Source: Vicugna vicugna
Lineage: Eukaryota
Assembly (NCBI GenBank): GCA_013265495.1
Contig: MU058257.1
Coordinates: forward strand, 1-64,000
Length of the DNA stretch: 64,000 bases
Direction of reading: 5' to 3'
Shown piece by piece: positions 36,520 through 50,481 of this stretch. Made by a program: the position numbers and the translations under genes. The notes beneath the pieces are model-generated. The model saw only the letters and a list, made by a program, of their open reading frames with translations, did no database searches and was not told the origin of the DNA. Positions within the stretch are counted from its first letter, which is position 1. Each line of letters opens with the position of its first letter.

Positions 36520-38700
36520 CTAGAAAGGAAGTTCAAGAGATCAGAAAAGCAGAAATATTCTATTGGTCCAAGTTTTCACTTAAAGTATTTCCAGCCCTTC
36601 ATGATGTATTTTTCATCCTCCTCTTGGGTCTGTTGGAAATATTACCATTCCTATGATTCAAACAAAATAAATTAAAATATGGGGTGACTGACTGATCTGC
36701 CCAGGACTACAAATGTCTGTGGAAAAAGAGAAATCAACACTAACCCAGCCTGACTAAAAAGACAAACATTCCTTTGCAGCCTTGCTGCACTGGAAATGAA
36801 TACATTTCAGATCTAGAATTGCCAGGTAGGTAATTTGAACCTCTGACAAACTGTAGGCTGAGTCTCCATTAGACCCAGTCTTCTCCACAGGTGGTCACGT
36901 AGGAGAAAAGCTAACTACTTTTTCAGAATCCAACCTAAAACTACATCCACCCCCTGCACAGCAGTGCAGAACTCCGAGAGCAGTCGGGGCTCTGTGTGCC
37001 AGGACCATCACTTCAGGTCTGAGCAGATGTGTAGAGATTAAATACTAGCCCTCGAGTCAAATAAATAAAGGATGAGATCTTTTCACTTTGGCCCTCCACT
37101 CCCCGCAAACCTCGCACCTGCCAACAACCTTAAAACAACAACTACAAAATGAAAAGACAAAAAGCAATGAAGACAAATGGGCTCTTTTTCTAAACCAAGC
37201 CTGGCTACCTGTGGTGGGGGGGAGGGTGTGGGGAGGAGAAAAACAACAGAAAGCAAGTAAATTCTAAAAGACCCCAAGGGCCAGGCAATACATATAAAAT
37301 TGATATATAAAATTTTAAAAGGGCATATACACATTTTTTATCACTGACATGCAGATATGTAAATTTTAATACTGGATATTGACTGATAAAACTTCCAGTG
37401 TTCCATTTCTCCAGATTTCCAAGGAAAACTGACCAAATATTGACATTTTAGTACTTTCTGTATTGTTTATAAACTTCCACCTGCTTCTCCTGTAGGAGAA
37501 TGAGAGAAGGAACCAGAGGGAAGGCACCCCCTCCAGTTGGCAAGTGGTCTGAACTCGGGCAGTGATGGTGACCTTGCCCATCCATTACAGTGGAGGCAAG
37601 CATCCTTAGTAGTAAGCACTCGGCAACTAACAGAAACTAACCAAAAATAAAACTGGTAGCCATAAAAAAAGAAATACCTGCTTTGACTAACCAACTGGCT
37701 CTCCTCTAAAGGAACTAAAATCACTGCTTCAGTCCATTAGCCTTAGACTCTAATCCAGGAGACCTCGGGCACCCGGACCGCCGACAGTCCCCTCTCATGG
37801 GGACAGGCGCTCAGAGCACAGGAGCAATGCCATTCTCACTTTTCTGGCGGAGCCGCGCCTCCTGCTCTGGAACCGGCACTGGAGATGCTGCAGTGAAATT
37901 CTCTACTCCTCTCTAGGGAGGCACAGCCACCAGAAGGAAGCCTCCCTCTCCAAATTCGGCGTCTGGCCCACAAACCGGGGCCCACTTCTGACCGCACTCC
38001 TGGCACAGGAGGCCCTTCCCTTCTTGTTTGCCACCACCCGCTGACAGCCGTCCACTCCCCTTTCTAAACTCCACCCCAGGAGCACCTGGACTCGGAGCTC
38101 TCTCCTCTGCACCTCCTCCCAGGTCCATTCAGGAATAAAGACACCAGGGCAAGGGGAGGAGCCCTCCCTCACGAGGCTCCGCCCTGCTGCCATACCGTAG
38201 TGGGAGGGGGAAGTCTGGCAGCTTAACTTGGAACTTAGAGAAACAAGGATAAAGGGTGGTTAAACTCCACTGTGTCATCAGTACAATAGTTCAGCTACAT
38301 CATGGACGAAGTAGGCTTTTACAGCTGGCCTGGGAAACTAACCTACATAACATTGTTTCTATAGGAAAATCGGTTCCAAGCCATAATCAACAATCTATAA
38401 ACTTTGAAATTCAATCCCATTCATGAAATGAATGCTGCCTGTATTCAGTTAGGGCTCTGAAGGATCTTCACACCTTCCTTATAAATGACTAAAACATACA
38501 GTGTGGTCTGAAAATTTATTATTCATGCCTAACAATAAAGCTGACAAAATACTGGAAAATGGAAGGTTTTTTTTTTTACCACTAATTCATTTTACATTTA
38601 TTCTTAAACCTCCTATGTAAAATACTCCCACAGCAGATGAACATATTATGTGCACAACGTAGATATAAACACAATTTTGATGTCAGCAGGGTAATTATAC

Positions 38701-38772
38701 CTTCACGTATTCCCTCTGCAACATGAATTTAATAATATCTGTTATGGATTCTTTAATATCAGCAGGAAGATT
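38701..38772 (-). CDS. PRPF18: PRPF18 exon 8 ([24 protein letters not shown])
   Basis: CAG acceptor and GTATAA donor; 72 nt. Confidence 0.96.
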
Positions 38773-38902
38773 CTGGAAAAGAAAAAAAAAGGATAACTCA
38801 TTTTGGAAGCTAAGTGTGTCGTTACAAACTGCATTTACTCCAACTTCATTTATTCTATTTTTTAAAAATCAGGTAATGAAAGCATTTTTCGAGAAACCTC
38901 AC

Positions 38903-39043
38903 CCTTTTCCGTAGCTTTCTGAAAAGGGGTCTGAGATAGGACTCCGTCTGTTTCTGAGTGGCACTGTTCAGTTTTCCCTGCACGCTGCGCTTCACGTAAT
39001 CCTCTCGGGCATTCAACTCCTTAGCCCAAACGCCAAGAAGAAA
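38903..39043 (-). CDS. PRPF18: PRPF18 exon 7 ([47 protein letters not shown])
   Basis: CAG acceptor and GTGAGG donor; 141 nt; Prp18 domain. Confidence 0.96.
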
Positions 39044-40464
39044 CTGTGGAAAGAACCGGGAAAGTTAGACCACGACGCCACCCAGTGGTTGTATAAATTT
39101 AAAAGTTCTCTGACGCACAGAACAGTATAGAATCATCCTTCAGGTAAATGTCTTGACTGATTAAAACATCATTAACTAATATTTAATTCATGAGCTATTT
39201 CTGCGAATTACATCACGTATGTTTTAAAGTAGTGCCCTTGGTAAGTCACAGACTTCCCTATTCTATACATATTCCTAAGCTCAGAGATAACCCACCTCCC
39301 TCTAAAAAGAACTATCAAATTTCACAGGTAACTTGACAAAAGTAAACTTTTACTTGTATGTCTATTACAGAAAATCCAACCTGCCCACACTTATCAGCCA
39401 CACCGTTGGTGCTGCGACACTTTACCAACCTTCCCAGGATGCTGCTGAAGTATTTGGACTTTCTATTTTTGCAGTAGAGACCATAACTCAATTAAAAATT
39501 TCCACTCAAGCATCTGACCAAAGGAGAGGAAGGAAAAAAAGGGACAAAAGAAAACTATGATTATCTCCCAGCCTCCACCCTCGCCTCAGAAAACCACCCA
39601 GGTGTCCTTTGCGTTTAAGTGCACAAAGTGCGTCCTTTCCAGAGGAAAGGAAATAGTGAAGGCTGAGGAGGCCGCCTCCCCCAGGGCATTACCTGCACAT
39701 TCGCTACGTAAGGAGGGGCCAGGCCGTCACTGAAAGAGGAAACTCTGGTTCACACTAGTTCCCACGCCCTAGCTAATTTCATGTCACATCCTCAGTGGAC
39801 CGTGGACCTTGATAACCAGTATGCTGTATTTAAACGGTAAATACAAGTAAAAGCATTTCTTGCATTTACACTTTTTGGCCTGAACACAAATAATTTGTGA
39901 ATAAGTTAAAAGGAATCTGGATTTGTACACACTCCACCTAAACCACTGGAGAAAGAAATGCTGGGAAGAAAGTTAGAATGAGCTACGCAGAGGAAAAACC
40001 AGCAGCGATCTGTCGAACTGAGAACATGCACAGTCTCTGAAAGGTTACTGGAGCGTCTGCCTTCTTCACTGCCAACATCTTCCCACCTCCTTCCTTTCCT
40101 TGCTGTCATCATCTCTCAGAAAAGCTTCTGGAACCCTCTCCTCACTGCACTCCATCCTAGAGTCTTCAAAATTTTTTTTTAAATTCTCAAAGCTTCTTGT
40201 TCATTCCACTGCTATGATTCTTTTCTGTGTGTTTACATTCATGAGTCAGCTTTAAAGAAAACTGCCTCGAAGAAAGTAAATATACACTTTCCTTGTCTAA
40301 CCTCCATACCCAAGCGCACAACAGTACCATGATAACACCGTGCATGCAGGAAATATTTGGGGAGGTTGTCTCTCTCCAGTCTTCAGCTCTTAAATAATGC
40401 AAAAGTATAAGACCAGTGCTCACCCCACAAAAATGTCCTCCTTCCCTAGCCGAAAAGTACATAC

Positions 40465-40533
40465 CTTCAGGAATTTGGTGATGATGTCCATGTCTTTATG
40501 ATCGTCACCTTTTCCTAAAGACTCTCCCAGAGC
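40465..40533 (-). CDS. PRPF18: PRPF18 exon 6 ([23 protein letters not shown])
   Basis: CAG acceptor and GTATGT donor; 69 nt. Confidence 0.96.
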
Positions 40534-41578
40534 CTGAAGAAAAGAACATTTCTGTTCATTAGTCAAGAGCAACCACAAAGATATATGTTACCAACACCAG
40601 TCTAAACGTGGCCCTTTATTACATATACTGCTCAATTTCAATTTAAAAGCCTGATGGAATTTCTAGATAGGTTAAAAATAACACCCACCCGATTTGCCAA
40701 TTAAATTTAGAGAGCACATTCTCTTTTATGAATCAAAAGATAAAACAGGGAGTAAGGGAGTGACTATGAATGAAATGAGATTTCTTTTTGGGGAACAAAA
40801 ATGTCCTACAATTAGACTGCGGTGATGGTTGTACCAAGCTATGAATGTACTGGAAACCATTGAATATTACACCTAAAATGGGTAAATTGCATAGTATGTG
40901 ACTATCTCAAAAGTTGTTTAAAATAGAAGAAAAAAGAACAAAGTCCAGAACTGGTTGCTCACAGCAATTACTTCAGTAAATTTAGGGTCTGTTATTTCAG
41001 TAAAATTTAGGGCAAGTAAGTACAAACAAAACATCCTGCTTGACTATGGTCTCACTCACAGCCAAGAGTGAAAAGTAACAGAAAGATAACTTTATGTTTA
41101 ATTAAGCATTCACAGATTAAACTAAGTCATATTTTTTGGTTCATGCTAGGTATCTGGATAATACAACATTACTCTCAAATAAGATTACATATATCACTCT
41201 GCATTCACTACACTGGCAAAAATAAGAAAGTAAGACATTGCCAAGTGTTGGCAGAGATGCAGGGATACAAGACAGACGCTGCTGGTGGGTGTGGAGACTG
41301 GTAAACTAGAGAGCAACTTGGCAGTACTCAGACAAGTTAAACATATAAATCCAGCATTACTGTTTGTCACAAAACTGTATTTGGTAACAGAGCTGCGAGC
41401 AATCGCATTGTCACTGAGGTAGCAAAAGGTACAAAGCAATGAATGCCACAGTGTATAAAATGCTATGTAACAGTTAAAAACAAAGATTTAGACGTACATA
41501 AGGTATCAAGAATGGAACTTAAAAACATAGTTCTAAAAGACAGAAAATGACACCTTTAAAAAAAAAAACATAGTTCTA

Positions 41579-41748
41579 GGGGGAGAAGGTATAGCTCAAG
41601 TGGTAGAGCACATGCCTAGCATGCATGAGGTCCAGGGTTCAATCCCTAGTACTGCTTCTAAAAAATACACAAACCTAATTACCTCCCCTCAGCCAAAATT
41701 AAATAATTAAATAACACAATAATAAATAAATAAAGTACTTTTTTAAAA
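41579..41748 (+). mobile_element. tRNA-derived SINE (Vic-1-like)
   Basis: A and B boxes, AT-rich tail, flanking agttcta repeat. Confidence 0.85.
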
Positions 41749-41789
41749 AGTTCTAAATGGAAAAAAGGTAAGTAAAAAAGAGAATGAAT

Positions 41790-41920
41790 GGGGGAGGGTA
41801 TAGTTTAAGTGGTAGAGCGCATACTTAGCATACACAAGGTCCCGGGTTCAATCCCCAGTACCTCCTCTAAAAACAAATAAATAAATAAACCTAATTACCC
41901 CACCCCAAAAAAATTTTTTA
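41790..41920 (+). mobile_element. tRNA-derived SINE (Vic-1-like)
   Basis: A and B boxes; perfect 15-bp TSD aaaaaagagaatgaa at 41774-41788 and 41921-41935. Confidence 0.88.
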
Positions 41921-42246
41921 AAAAAAGAGAATGAAGAATTTCACAGTAAAATATCATTTATGTATTCCAAAATACATGCATACAAAACACCACTGGTTTT
42001 ACAAGACCACCAACAAATAAAAGGATGCACATCAACCATATTAGAATGATTACTTCTGGAGGCAGGTAGTAGGGGAATGTGAGTGGAAAAGGAGAAAAAA
42101 GGGAGTGAATAAGCAAAAAGCATGATATAAAAGAAAGGCCTTTGCAATGACCCAAGACAACAGTGTGCTATGAACTGAACAGTCTGATGAGCTCCGGGAA
42201 TGAAAGGCATGATCCCGGGGATGAGGGAAGGTGGTGAAGAGATTAC

Positions 42247-42393
42247 CTCTAATTCTTCAATTGTGGTATTTTCCTCATGAACTTTCAGGTCATTCTGGGT
42301 GTCTTCCTCTCCAGGTTCCTGGCCGCCCACAAGTTCATTGAGGTACTGCTGATCAATCTTATCCAAGGCTGCTTTCAGGTCATTCCTCAATCC
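42247..42393 (-). CDS. PRPF18: PRPF18 exon 5 ([49 protein letters not shown])
   Basis: CAG acceptor and GTAATC donor; 147 nt; contained in ORF 41941..42411. Confidence 0.96.
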
Positions 42394-42899
42394 CTGAGGA
42401 AAGGTAAACAATTATACTTTGCACGAAACTTCACTGACGTTTCACTGCTGATTTTTTTCTCTAATAAAGTACAATTCATTTTTTTTCTCCACGAAGAGAC
42501 TCAGTAAGATTTCCATTTATAATACAGCTACCATTGTCCATTTAAAGTCAGTTCTTAAGGACATATTTAAACTTAGAATGTACACATAATGTATTTTTCT
42601 GACAGTGAGAAAAATAAAACATGAGTGACAAATCTAAGTAAGAATATGTGTAAATGTTGTAATTTTCTAATGAGGCCTAGCTAATGTGACCAGGCCCCCA
42701 ACTAGAGTCCTGCAACCCACCTTCCTGGTTCATTTAAAATGTCTAAGCTCACTGCAACTACTCTGAACTCCCCAAACATTCAAAAAACGTCAACAGAATA
42801 AAAGCCGGGTCTCAACTATATCCTAGTATTTCACTATGTTTCTAACAAACCAGCAAAGTCCACATTCTATTCACTTCTAGTTTGTGACCATTTGGTAAA

Positions 42900-45800
42900 A
42901 ATGGAAGCGCTGGACCCTTACCTTATACCACATACAAAAATTAACTCAAAATGGATCAAAGATCTAAAGGTAAGAGCTAAAACTATAAAACTCTTAAGAG
43001 TTAACAACAACAAAAAACAATGTGATTTAAAATGAGCAAAGAACTTGACCAGACAACATAAACTGCCAGTAAGTAAACATCACTAGTCATTAGGGAAATG
43101 CAAATCAAACCAGAGAGATACCATTTCACACCCAGGAGGGGGGCTGTTACCAACAGAAAACAGAAAATAACAACTTGGCTAGGATATGGGCAAACAGAAT
43201 CCTCGTGCACTGCTGGAAATGTTAAGATGGTGCAGCTGCTGTGGCAAACAGTACAGCAACACCTGAAAAAGGTAAACATCCCCACACTCAGACAGACTGT
43301 AATCAAAATGTCAAAAGTTACAGACAACTTCTAGAAAAGAACATAAAGGGAACACTTTGACATAAATTGTAGCAATGTTTCCTTTAATCAGTATCCTAAG
43401 GCAAAAGAAATAAAAGCAAAACTAAACAAATGGGACCCAAACAAACTTAAAAGCTTTTGCACAGCAAGGAAACCATCAACGAAACAAAAAGACAATCTAT
43501 GGAATGGAAGAAAATGTTTACAAATGATGTGACCAACAAGGGGTTAACATCCAAAACATACAAGCAGCTCATACATCTTAATATCAAAAAACGAACAACC
43601 CAATCCAAAAGTGGTCAGAAGACCTGAATAGACATTTCTCCAAAGATGACATTCAGATGGTCAACAGGCCCATTAAGAGATGCTCAACATCACTAATTAC
43701 TAGAGAGAAATGCAAATCAAAACCACAATGAGGTATCACCTCACACCTGTCAAAATGGCTATCATCAGAAAGTCTACAAATAATAAATGTTGAAGAGGAT
43801 GTGGAGAAAAGGGACCATTCATACACTGTTGGTGGAAATGTAAACTGGTGCAGCCACTATAGAAAACAGTATGAAGGTTCCTTAAAAAACTAAAAATAGA
43901 ACTATCACGTGATACAGCAATTCCACTCCTGGGCATCAATCTGGATAATTCGGAAAGATACACGAACTGCAATGTTCTTAGGAGCACTATTGACAATAGC
44001 CAAGACATGGAAGCAACTCCAGTGCTCAACAAATGACTGGATTCAGAAGATGGGGGTGGGTAATACACAATGGAATACACACACACACACACACACAATG
44101 GAATATTACTCAGCCATAAAAAAGAATGGGATTCTGTCATTAGCAGTAATATGGATGAACTTAGAAAACATTATCCTTAGTGAATTAAGTCAGATACAGA
44201 AAGACAAATACTGTATATCACTTCTATGTGGAATCTAGAAAATTAAACAAATGAACGTATATGCAAAACAGGAACAGATTCACAGACATAGAAAACAAAG
44301 CTGTGGTTATCAAATGGGAAAGAGAAGGGGAGAGGAACAAATTGGGGGTATTGGATTAATACATACAAAGTACTATATATAAAATAGATGAAACAACAAA
44401 GATATAACGTTTAACACAGGGAATTATACCCAGGATCTTGTAATAACCTATAATGGAGTATAATCTGCAAAAATACTCAGTCACTATGCTATACAACTGC
44501 AATTAACACAATATTCTAAATCAACTATACTTCAACTAAAAAAAATTAAAGACAAGGAGAGAATCTTAAAAGCAGCAAGAGAATAACAATTTGTTTTGTA
44601 CAAGTGAACCCCCTCTAAGACTATCACCAGGTTTTTCAGCAGAAACTTTGCAGGCCAGGAAGGAGTGCCACAATATATTCAAAGTGCTGAAAGAAAAAAA
44701 CTTCCAACCAAGAACACTCTCCCCAGCAACATGATCATTCAGAATTGAAGAAGAGAGAGCTTTCCAGACAAGCAGAACCTAAAGGAGTTCATCACCACTA
44801 ATTCAGCCTTATAAGAAATGTTAAAGGGACTTCCTTAAGCTGTTAAGAAAGGGTGCTGCCAATTAGTAACAAGAAAACACATCAAAGCATAAATCTCATA
44901 AAGAGAAATAGACACGTAGTAAAGGTAGTGGATTAATCACTTACAAAGCTCGTACGAAGATCAAAAGGCAAAAGTGGTAAAAATAACTGTAACTACAAAA
45001 ATTAGTTACACAAGACAAAAAGATGTAAAATGTGGTATCAAAAATAAAAAATATGGGGAGGAGCGGAGTAAAATGCAGAGTTCAGAATGCATTCAAACTT
45101 AAGTTACTGATTTAACATAGGCTGTTACAGTTATAAAGTCAGTCAGTCACAGGGATATAATGTACAGCATGGAAACTAAAGTTTACAATACTGTATTGCA
45201 TATCTGAAAGCTACTCAGAATAGATCTTAAAAGTCCTTATCACAAGAGAAAAATTTTTTTTAATTATATATGGTGATGAATATTAACTAGACTTATTGTG
45301 GTAATCATTTTGCAATATATATAAATACCAAGTCATTATTCTGTACACCTAAAACTAATATAATGTTATATGTCAATTATAGCTCAGTTAAAAAAAGGTA
45401 CAAATAAGAAACTCTTTAGTATTTGAGACAAGCTTGAATAAGATTAGAATACAGCAGGTTGTAATAAATTAATATTAAAAACTAGAAGATTTTTCAAATA
45501 ATAAAACATTAGAAGAAAAATTAAGTAACAAAAAATTCAGTAGTTCACACTGGCATTTTAGACTATCTTTTGATAAGGAAAGTGACTCAGAATACAGAAA
45601 AGAAACAAATACTGATGAAATGAAGCATTACAAAACCACTTACTCTTTCCCAGAATTTAGGTTAGGAAAGTTTAGACAGGACTACTGAAAATAAAGAACA
45701 AATTGCTGTGAGCATTAATAATATAAATGAAGAAAATTTTCAAAATTCATTTATGCTTTAAAAAAAAAAAAGGTTAGATGAGAATCACCAAATGATCCAG

Positions 45801-47480
45801 CAATTCCACTTCTGGGACTATTTGCGAAAGAAGTGAAAGCAGGGACTGGAGGAGGCATGTCTACACTCGTACTCGTAGCAGCATTACTCACAACAACCCA
45901 AAGGTGGAAGGAATCTGTACGTCCTTCGAGGATGAGTGGATAAACAAAATGTGGTCCACACATACGATGGATACTACTCAGCCCTAAAAAGGAAGGAAAT
46001 GCTGACAAATACATCTGTAAGGCAGTATGCTAGGTCAGAAGGTCAGTCCAAGGAGCCCTCAGATGGTCTCAGCCACAGCCCTCACCTGACTGCATCACAT
46101 GCAAGACCCCAAGCCAAAAGCTGCCCAGCTTTAGCCCAATGGAGCCCAGAACTGTGAGAGAGAATCATAAATTATCTCGGGTTAACTAGGTTTCAGGGTG
46201 GTTTGTTATCATCACAGATGACTGAGAAAGATTTTATAAGAATGAAATGTTTTAAGCTACAAGTCTTGGGATGCTCTATTACACAGCTATAAATAACCAC
46301 ATCTGTCTCTGTAACTGAAAGAGCAAGCAGGTAAATTAATAAGGCCACAGAAGATCTGCACAGGACTATTGTAACTGACATTTATCCAAAGCATAAAGCA
46401 TACTCTTTTCAAGAGCCCACAGAGTATTCACCAAGACAGACCATAAGCTGAGTCATAAAACAAGATCAGAGCCCTAAAAGTAAAACTAAAACTATTAAAG
46501 TTTTAGAAGAAAATACAGAAGACTAACTCTTTAAGACCTTGGGATAGGCAAAGATTTCTTAAGCAAAACACCAAAAGCAATAAACATAAAGTGAATTCCA
46601 TCACAATTTAAAAGTTCTGCCCATGAAAAAAAAAAAACACACCATTAAGAGAACAGGTAAAGTCTAGACTAGGAAAAAACAGACACAAAACGTGAATCTC
46701 TGTATCTGGCAAAGAATATCTAAACTTGTATCCAGAATATACATAAAGAACTCCCACAGTTCAAAAATAAAAGACAACCAACCGAATTAAAACATAAGCA
46801 AAAGACATACACTGCATAGAGAAAGATACGCCAGTAAGTCTATGAAAAGATGCTCATAATCTTTAGTTAACAGGCAATTGTGAATAGAACCACAATGAAG
46901 CACAACCACACATACAAGAGAATGGTTACAAATTCTAAAGACTAACAGTAACACTGATGAAATGTTGGAAATATTTGGCACTTCTTAACAAGTGAAGTGC
47001 ACATTTACTCTTACCATTCAGGAATTCCACTTCTAAGTATTTACCAGACAGATAGAAAACATATTTACCTAAGAGAAATAACACAGTTCCAAAAAAGATT
47101 TGTGTAAGAATGTTCACAGCAGTTTTATTCACAAAAGCCCAAAGTCGGAAACACATCGTATGACTGAGTGTCAGCAATGAAAAGGAACAAACTACCAACA
47201 CCCACGAGAACACGGATGAATCTGAAAAACATTACCTTGAGGCCAGACACACACTCTGTGAGTCCACCTATGTGAAACACTAGAACAAGCAAAATTCACC
47301 AAAAGTGACAGAATTTTCAAAGGTGGTTGCCCAGGCGTGGAGGAGAAGGAACACGGGGACTGGCTAAGAAGGGGTGCTGGGGAACTTTCATGTGTGTGTG
47401 ATGAAAATATATCTTCATAAGGCTAGTGGCTATACGCTTACATGTATTTGTCAAAATGCACTTAACTACATGCTTAAAAT
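42900..47480 (+). mobile_element. Cluster of nested L1 fragments (3' end 43330-44545; ORF1-end fragment 44545-45100; older L1M pieces)
   Basis: ORF2 C-terminal motifs ([22 protein letters not shown]), poly(A) ends at about 44545 and 45395, embedded (CA)n at about 44077-44097. Confidence 0.85.
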
Positions 47481-47520
47481 GTGTGCTTTTTAAAAGAAAA
47501 TTAAAGAAAACTTACATTCA

Positions 47521-48222
47521 AGTTTGGTGTAGCCATTATGGAAAACAGTATGGAGAGTCTTCAAAAGACTAGACAGATTTACCATATGATCCAGCAATCT
47601 CACTCCCGGGTATATATCCAGAGGGAACTTTAATTCAAAAAGACACATGCACCCTAATGTACACAGCAGCACTATTTACAATAGCCAAGACATGGAAGTA
47701 ACCTAAATGTCCATCGACAGATAACTGGGTAAAGAAGTTGTGGTATACATATACAATGGAATACTACTCAGCCATGAAAAAGAATAAAATAACACCATTT
47801 GCAGCAACATGGACAGAATTAGAGATTATCATTCTAAGTGAAGTAAGCCAGAAAGAGAAAATAAAATACCATATGATATCACTTACATGTGGAATCTAAA
47901 AAAAAAAAAAACAAATGAAACTATTTACAAAACAGAAACAGACTTACAGACATAGAAAACAAACTTATGGTTACAGGAGGGGTGGGGATGGGAAGGGATA
48001 AATTGGGAGTTCAAGGTTTGTAGATACTAACTACTGTATATAAAATAGACAAATAAGTTCATACTGTATAGCATAGGGAACTACATTCAATACTTTGTAA
48101 CCTATGGTGAAAATGAATGTATGTATGTTCATGTATGACTGAAGCCTTTTACTGTACACAGAAATTGACACAACATTGTAAACTGACTATAATTCAATAA
48201 AAATACATATATATATAAAAAA
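47521..48222 (+). mobile_element. 5'-truncated young L1 with perfect 18-bp TSD
   Basis: aaagaaaacttacattca at 47503-47520 and 48223-48240; ORF2 end, 3' UTR, AATAAA and A tail. Confidence 0.9.
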
Positions 48223-48383
48223 AAAGAAAACTTACATTCAGCAGCAGTCATCTGGCAACTTTTTTTCCCTTTTTTGCCCATAATAATGCAATTAGTCAAA
48301 CTCAAAGTCCATACTACTCTCATTCATGTGGTACAGGGATTCTCTTCTAGCTTTGTTCTGACAGCTTTGTTCTGAATTCTTAC

Positions 48384-48497
48384 CTTGTTAACTTCCGGTG
48401 TGAGGATCTCTATTTTTCTTAAACGCTGAAAAGCATCATAATCAGTTTCTCCAAACAGTCTGATTGGTTCTCCTCTTTCTCTCAATCTTCTGATAAC
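48384..48497 (-). CDS. PRPF18: PRPF18 exon 4 ([41 protein letters not shown]4-like/SFM motif)
   Basis: AG acceptor and GTAAGA donor; 114 nt. Confidence 0.96.
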
Positions 48498-50376
48498 CTA
48501 TTTAAAAAAAAAAAATCAAACAACAACAGTATTCCCTATGTCATTAGTAACAGTAATTCCTGTTTTAGGAGACCAAATACTTGTTTTGAAATGTAGATGC
48601 AAAAAGTAAGTTGTACTTGTCTTTTCTTTAGTTTCATGAACAGATATACCAAATTATTGTCACACCTTTAACAGCCCTAACAGTTTATGTCATTTGGCGA
48701 GTGCTTCAGAATGTACCAATCTGTGGAACAGAAAACATACAAAAACATTCAGATAGGAAGGCATGATAGCATTTATAGGGAGAAAGAAAAATAAAGCCTG
48801 GAGTCAGCTGATAACTCAATGACCATTGCTGAGGGAGGGCACTACAATATTACATTAAAACCAAAACTTAGTTCCTCAGAAGAGAAAGCGAATTATGATT
48901 GGGGTGGGGGAAAAATGCAGGGCTTCTGAGGGGATGATAATACTCCTTCTTGATTTCAGTGATGGTTATATGAGTGATTGATTTGTAGTTATCCACTATA
49001 TTGCACATGTTTTATACACTCTTTATATACATGTTATATTTCATAAAAAGGACAAACAAAAATTATAATTAAGAACGTAAGTTGTAATTAAAGAAAAATA
49101 CTAAGACCGTTCTCTGGGAACAATAGTTTGACACTTAGAAACCACTGGCAAGGCTCAAACTGGATTAACTGAAACTTGGTATTAAAAAAATCTTAAGAGG
49201 TCACCTGGAGCTATCTCCCATCAATACAGAAATGGTCTCGAAAACATGTCCGTCAGGTGCTTGTCTGACAAAAGACAGAGATCACACCTCTTCATGAAAC
49301 AGCCCATCACACTTTTGGACAAACATGTTTTGTTTCTCAAAATAAATGAAAAACTACCTCCTTCAAACTTCTACCCATTTATCTCAGTTCTACTTTATGA
49401 AACCACAGAGAATATTTAATTCTTTTTCAAAATTAGAGTTGGGTCCAGTGGATCTTTTGAAAAATCTCTAATATCCTCTTCAGGCTAAGTATTCAAAAGT
49501 CCTTCATCCAATTTTCACACCCCAGCTTCTAGAGTCAACCACCCTGTCCTCTGAAAGTTTCCTTTTACTCAAAGTTCATTTTTGTTGCGTACTCTTGTCT
49601 ATAGTTTTAACTGTTTATATCATATGAATATCTTGAAATTTTGCTGTTATTTAAGGAAAATTCTAGTTGTTATTGACCAGGAGACAGGCACACACTACAG
49701 GTGAGAGTATGAGCTGGTCTGCAAACACATCTGGAGAACTCTCCAGTAATATGGAGCAGATGTCTTAGACGTGTATGCAGTCTTCAGTCTTTAGAACAGA
49801 CTCTAGAAATCTATGCTTCTGGAAAAATTTCCAAAGGAAACATTATTATTATGTATGCAATGACATCTATATGAGCACATTCATCTCAGTATGACTTATA
49901 ACAGTAAAATGCTGAGGCAATCTAAATGACCATCAATAAAGAACTGGTGTTAAAACTAATAAAGTAGTTTTTCAAATATTATGGGAAACTATTTTTTAAG
50001 TCATAAAAAATTATATAGATCTCTGTATTTTGACTTAGATGTAGTAAGAGAAAGTCACAAAATAGTATATTACTTAAAATAATTTAGACAAGTATAATTA
50101 TTTAGAATATATGCATTTAATTATACTTATTTAGAATGTGTTTAGTTTTTAAAGCTTAGAAGGATATATTCTTTAAAAAATTTAAGATAACAGCATGAAG
50201 AAAAGCAGAGATTAATTTAGAACCTCATGAAGAAAACTGGCTAGCTGCACAATATTTGAATTCAATAAATCACCTTATATGGGAAATAATGACATAAAAC
50301 TTACTGGAAAGGACTAGAGATAAATGCAAATGCTGTAGTTTTTTTTTTTTCATGAAACACTCATATTTAAACTTAC

Positions 50377-50481
50377 CTCTTGCCTAGAAAGAGTCATGGG
50401 TAATTTTTCTTCTGCCAGTTCAAGTTCTAATACTGGATTTGATGAAGTTAATGGTTTCTGGTCCTCCTCTTTTGGCTGTAT
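50377..50481 (-). CDS. PRPF18: PRPF18 exon 3 ([35 protein letters not shown])
   Basis: AG acceptor and GTAAGT donor; 105 nt. Confidence 0.96.
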
